Origin: Octopus vulgaris
Taxonomy: Eukaryota
Direction: 5' to 3'
NCBI GenBank assembly: GCA_951406725.2
Contig: OX597815.1
Location: 35,608,001-35,732,000, forward strand
Length of the DNA: 124,000 nt
Shown: positions 119,971 to 124,000 of the stretch, piece after piece
Position numbering within the stretch: position 1 is the stretch's first letter
Layout of the letters: the number at the start of each line of letters is the position of its first letter
Position numbers and translations under genes: made by a program
The notes under the pieces: model-generated
Told to the model about the DNA's origin: nothing
The model's input: the letters and a program-made list of their open reading frames with translations, nothing else
The model's database searches: none

Positions 119971-120403
119971 TGTGTGTGCGTAACGACAAAGATTTAAATA
120001 TAAATGTCATAATGCAGAGGAGAAATGATTAAGAAACAATATTTGATTGATTATTAATATGGCCTTTTATTAAGATTGATCGTAATATAAGTCGTTACAA
120101 CATAAAATTAACGACGTCGTCGCGTCATTGTGTGTGCTCAAGTTATTTGTTTGTTGCAGTGATGTATTTTCTGTAGCTTCTCTGCGACTACCGCGCAGAA
120201 AGACAAACGAATAACTGTTTTTATAATTAGAGACACTGATAATTCTATTATCATGCATCACTCTTTGATTAGAGACCGGCCGTTGCCCTTGGTTTGGCGT
120301 CGCATTTACTAAAGAAAAAGACTGCCATAGGTTTTTGTTTTTAGAATGTTGCTAATTAAAATAGGTCAAGCTAAAAACAATAGATTTAAGATTTGCTTGA
120401 CTC

Positions 120404-120451
<48 letters not shown>

Positions 120452-123399
120452 TCTTTTACTTGTTTCAGTCATTTGACTGCGGCCATGCTGGAGCACCGCC
120501 TTTAATCGAGAAACTCGACCCCGGGACTTATTCTTTTGAAAGCCCAGTACTTATTCTATCGGTCTCTTTTGCCGAACCGCTAAGTAACGGGGACATAAAC
120601 ACACCAGCATCGGTTGTCAAGCAATGCTAGGGGGACAAACACAGACACACAAACACACACACGCATATATATATATATACATATATACGACGGGCTTCTT
120701 TCAGTTTCCGTTTACCAAATCCACTCACAAGGCTTTGGTCGGCCCGAGGCTATAGTAGAAGACACTTGCTCAAGGTGCCACGCAGTGGGACTGAACCCGG
120801 AACCATGTGGTTGGTAAACAAGCTACTTACCACACAACCACTCCTGCGCCTATACATACATACATACATAAGTTAGTATTTGCTTTTTTATAAGTGTCTG
120901 TAATATTAGAAAGAAGTCGTTTGTAAAGAGCTGGTCATAAAGAGAAGTCGTTTGTAATGCTGGTCATAAATAAAGTGAGAAGACTCTTTAGTTTAAGTCA
121001 AGACAGCTGTGAGTTTGCAAATATATGAGTTAGTATGTACATACATGAAGGTTCATATGCGGATATCACATCATCTGTGTCCAAACACTTGCGCCCTATC
121101 GTCTCAGTCTGCACAACAACTAAACCGGGATGGTGCTACGTCTACATCGCATCCCAAAAAAGGACCACTCGAATGAATGGAATGAAGTCGTTCATCAACA
121201 CACACCAGTCTTTAACCTTCACACGTACTGGTCTCCATGTTATGCTTTTTCTATCATTATTACAATAGTAATCTTGAAATCTCTCAATGCACATATTTTC
121301 CCCCTTGCAGCTGTCTACTTTTAACTGTCGTTGAAGACTATAGGAACAGTCGCTTTCCAGCCGCCACAAAAACAGCATACGGCTATGCCTGTATTTGACA
121401 AGCTCTTATATAACCAACCAAGAAGTCAACGTCTGTTTGTTGTCATTCACTGTTGTGTATCTGCAACCGAAATTCTTGATTCGCACACAGCCCTGCAAAC
121501 TAGAGCTACAGGTTAGAAACGAATCGCCTCTCGAAATATTGGAAGCACTGTGATTTAATTGGTAGCTTTCTGTTAAGTTTAATTTATCTTGTTATAACCA
121601 AAAGACAAGAATCTTGAACATCCAGGGACTTATGAAACCATCCACACAAACACACACGCACATAATTATACTTTGTCTAATTTTATTGTAAATTTAGCAA
121701 AGTTTTGCGAAAAATAACTTCATTACGTAACATAGATTTAACCAGCTCCGGGGCGATGGAAGACAAAGCTCAACATTCATGCAGGATTTAAAAATCAGTG
121801 TATGGATAAATAAACTAAATTGCTAAGGCACTGAACTGCTGACTTATTGATTACGAGTACAATCCCTCGGTAGATATTGCCTGCAAGACAATTCTACATT
121901 GAATCAGCTCACTTTGCTGTTACCCGGTATTTCTTGGTAAATAACGAACGAGTGAGTAAGATTAGAGTGTTAATCGCCGAGGAATTTGTTGATTGTTTGC
122001 TTGATGTTTAGGAGACCGGATGTAGATATCAGCCCTATTGGCTTGTGGTCGAGTTACTCGCATTGACAAACCGATCTTTCCCATTATATGTAATTAACTC
122101 TTTAGCTTACCCTATCAAATTTAATAATGCTTTTTTATTTACATTGTTTTGATTTAATCCTGCATTTATCTCACAGCTTCGAGATTTTAATGATGTAATT
122201 GTTTTTATTTTTAGAACGACACTGTAGGTAGGTGTGAGAGGCCTGATCTGGTCGGTTTGAACATAAAAGGCTGAATCTGACCAGTTAAAATGCTAGAGGT
122301 ATAAAAGTACTCAGAATCAAATATTTTTGACCATGGGAAAACAACACAACAGAAGTGGAGATATTCGAGCCATTCATTTGACGTTTCGACAAATTAGTCC
122401 GCAACTTTATCGATTCGGCCAACAAATTTCAGTTCTCATAAAAATCCAGTTAATCTGCATGACTGCATTGCATCGAGAATCAAAATCACGAAATTTTCTT
122501 AAGTAGTGTAGTGATATTCTTTTCTACTCTAGGAACAAGGCCCGAAATTTTGGGGGAGGGGGCCAGTCGATTAGATCGACTCCAGTACACAACTGGTACT
122601 TCATTTATCGACCCCGAAAGGATGAAAGGCAAAAGAGCGTAAAGACAGACGAAATGCCGCTAAGCATTTCACCCGGCGTGCTAACGATTCTGACTGCTCG
122701 CCGCCTTAAAAAATGTGTATATTTTTTTCTACTCTATGCCTGAAATTTGTGGGGAGGCGGCCAGTCGATTAGATCGACTCCAGTACACAACTGGTACTTA
122801 ATTTATCGACCCCGAAAGGATGAAAGGCAAAAGTCGACCTCGGCGGTATTTGAAAGTAGTGTAGTGATGTCTTAAGTATGTAGTGGATGTAGCGATGGAG
122901 ATAGTAGTGGTATTGGAAGTGGTTGTGATGGTGGTGGTAGTGGTAGTTATAGTAGTAGTGGTGGAAGATGTAGTTGTAGTAGTGATTGTTGATTTTGTGT
123001 AAACCAGGGCAGACCTGATTGATAACACCTATAATCAAAGGCATTCCAGCTACATGAAATGATTATATGCACCAAGTGAGTAGCATAAACACAAAATAGT
123101 ATTAATTGAAATGACCCCTTATTTTAAGTTCTATTATCCATCTTGTAGGTAGTTAAGTTCTTCCTTTGTTGACTTCTAGAAGGACGGATGCAAGAAAGAA
123201 ATATAAAGAGTAAAATAATTTGAACAAGTAGAGAGGCTGAAAGTTGTGTAGTCGCACGCTGACAAGTCATACATGAAGTGAGAAAAATAGAGATGTGGTC
123301 TTTTTGGTCAGGGGCCAAGTGAAGGAGGTAAGAACCGAATTTGGGTTCCTTACTTATATTTTCTAACGAAATTAGGTCAGGCTAAATAAAGGATTTGGA

Positions 123400-124000
123400 T
123401 CTTTACCTTTTGACCTACAGATTTAAATAATAATTTTTTGTAACTAAACACCTTCAAACTCCGTATAGTGGTAGAATGTGTCATATAAAACACCATTACC
123501 TCTTAGCGTTTTTGAGAAAAGTTTATGTTTACAAAGTTATTTCGTGTTGAAATTCTCGTATTTCGCTAATTTCAACCAATCAATGACGTGTATTCAGCTG
123601 AATAAAATTACTACCGTTGTTTGTCAACAACAACTATCGGCGGCGTATTTTTCATTTGTCACTGTTATTTATGACATTGTTCGTGCGTTTGTACTGGTTT
123701 TAGCTTTAAGGTTTTAGGATTAGGGTTAGGGTTTTAGGGTTAGGGTTAGGTTTTTAGAGTTAGGGTTAAGGTTTTAGGGTTAGGGTTTGGGTTTTAGAGT
123801 TAGGGTTGTAATAAATAACAGTGACAAACGAAATATGCACCGCCGGAAGTTCTTGTTGACAAACAACAGCAGTAATTTTATTCAGCTGAATACACGTCAT
123901 TGATTGGTTGAAATTACCGAAATACGAGAACTTCAACACGAAATAATTTTGTAAACATAAACCTTTCTCAAAAACACTAAGAGTAAATGGTATTTTTATA
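123400..124000. mobile_element. Long-TIR fold-back element with degenerate (TTAGGG)n core
   Basis: ~190-bp inverted arms (123480-123670 / 123810-124000) around ttagggtt repeats at 123712-123808. Confidence 0.75.

Noticed and set aside
123712-123808. True telomere at the window end
   Set aside because: Short, degenerate and enclosed by inverted arms, with non-telomeric sequence beyond.

Overview
Eukaryotic, AT-rich, gene-poor DNA saturated with microsatellites ((TA)n, (CA)n, (TACA)n, (TAGA)n, (TAA)n) and transposon debris. The SINE families and repeat landscape suggest an octopus/cephalopod genome (inference). Almost all ORF-track entries are microsatellite artefacts. Recognisable elements: three tRNA-derived SINE families; RTE, CR1-like, Tx1-like, HERO-like and R4/Dong-like LINEs; Penelope-like elements; Merlin, mariner, Tigger/pogo, piggyBac and hAT DNA transposons; Helitrons. 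Highlights: (1) a 359-bp tandem repeat at 91071-92349 with one type I hammerhead-ribozyme fold per full unit, i.e. a candidate retrozyme/circular-RNA element, ending in a fold-back; (2) a dispersed ~190-bp (TA)n-embedded element family carrying a minimal, probably dimer-dependent hammerhead; (3) an apparently intronless host gene (84307-84933) with two PKI-like RRNAL pseudosubstrate motifs behind a CRE + CArG-like + TATA promoter, a candidate activity-induced PKA inhibitor; (4) a CR1-like LINE with an uninterrupted EN+RT frame and a near-identical truncated sister copy; (5) many fold-back palindromes beside (TA)n tracts, including a 1.1-kb one bracketed by Merlin ends; (6) two candidate spliced exons of an unidentified gene (29095-29354, 32434-32598). 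No CRISPR, rRNA or genuine tRNA gene was found. All structures were read by eye; none was computed.
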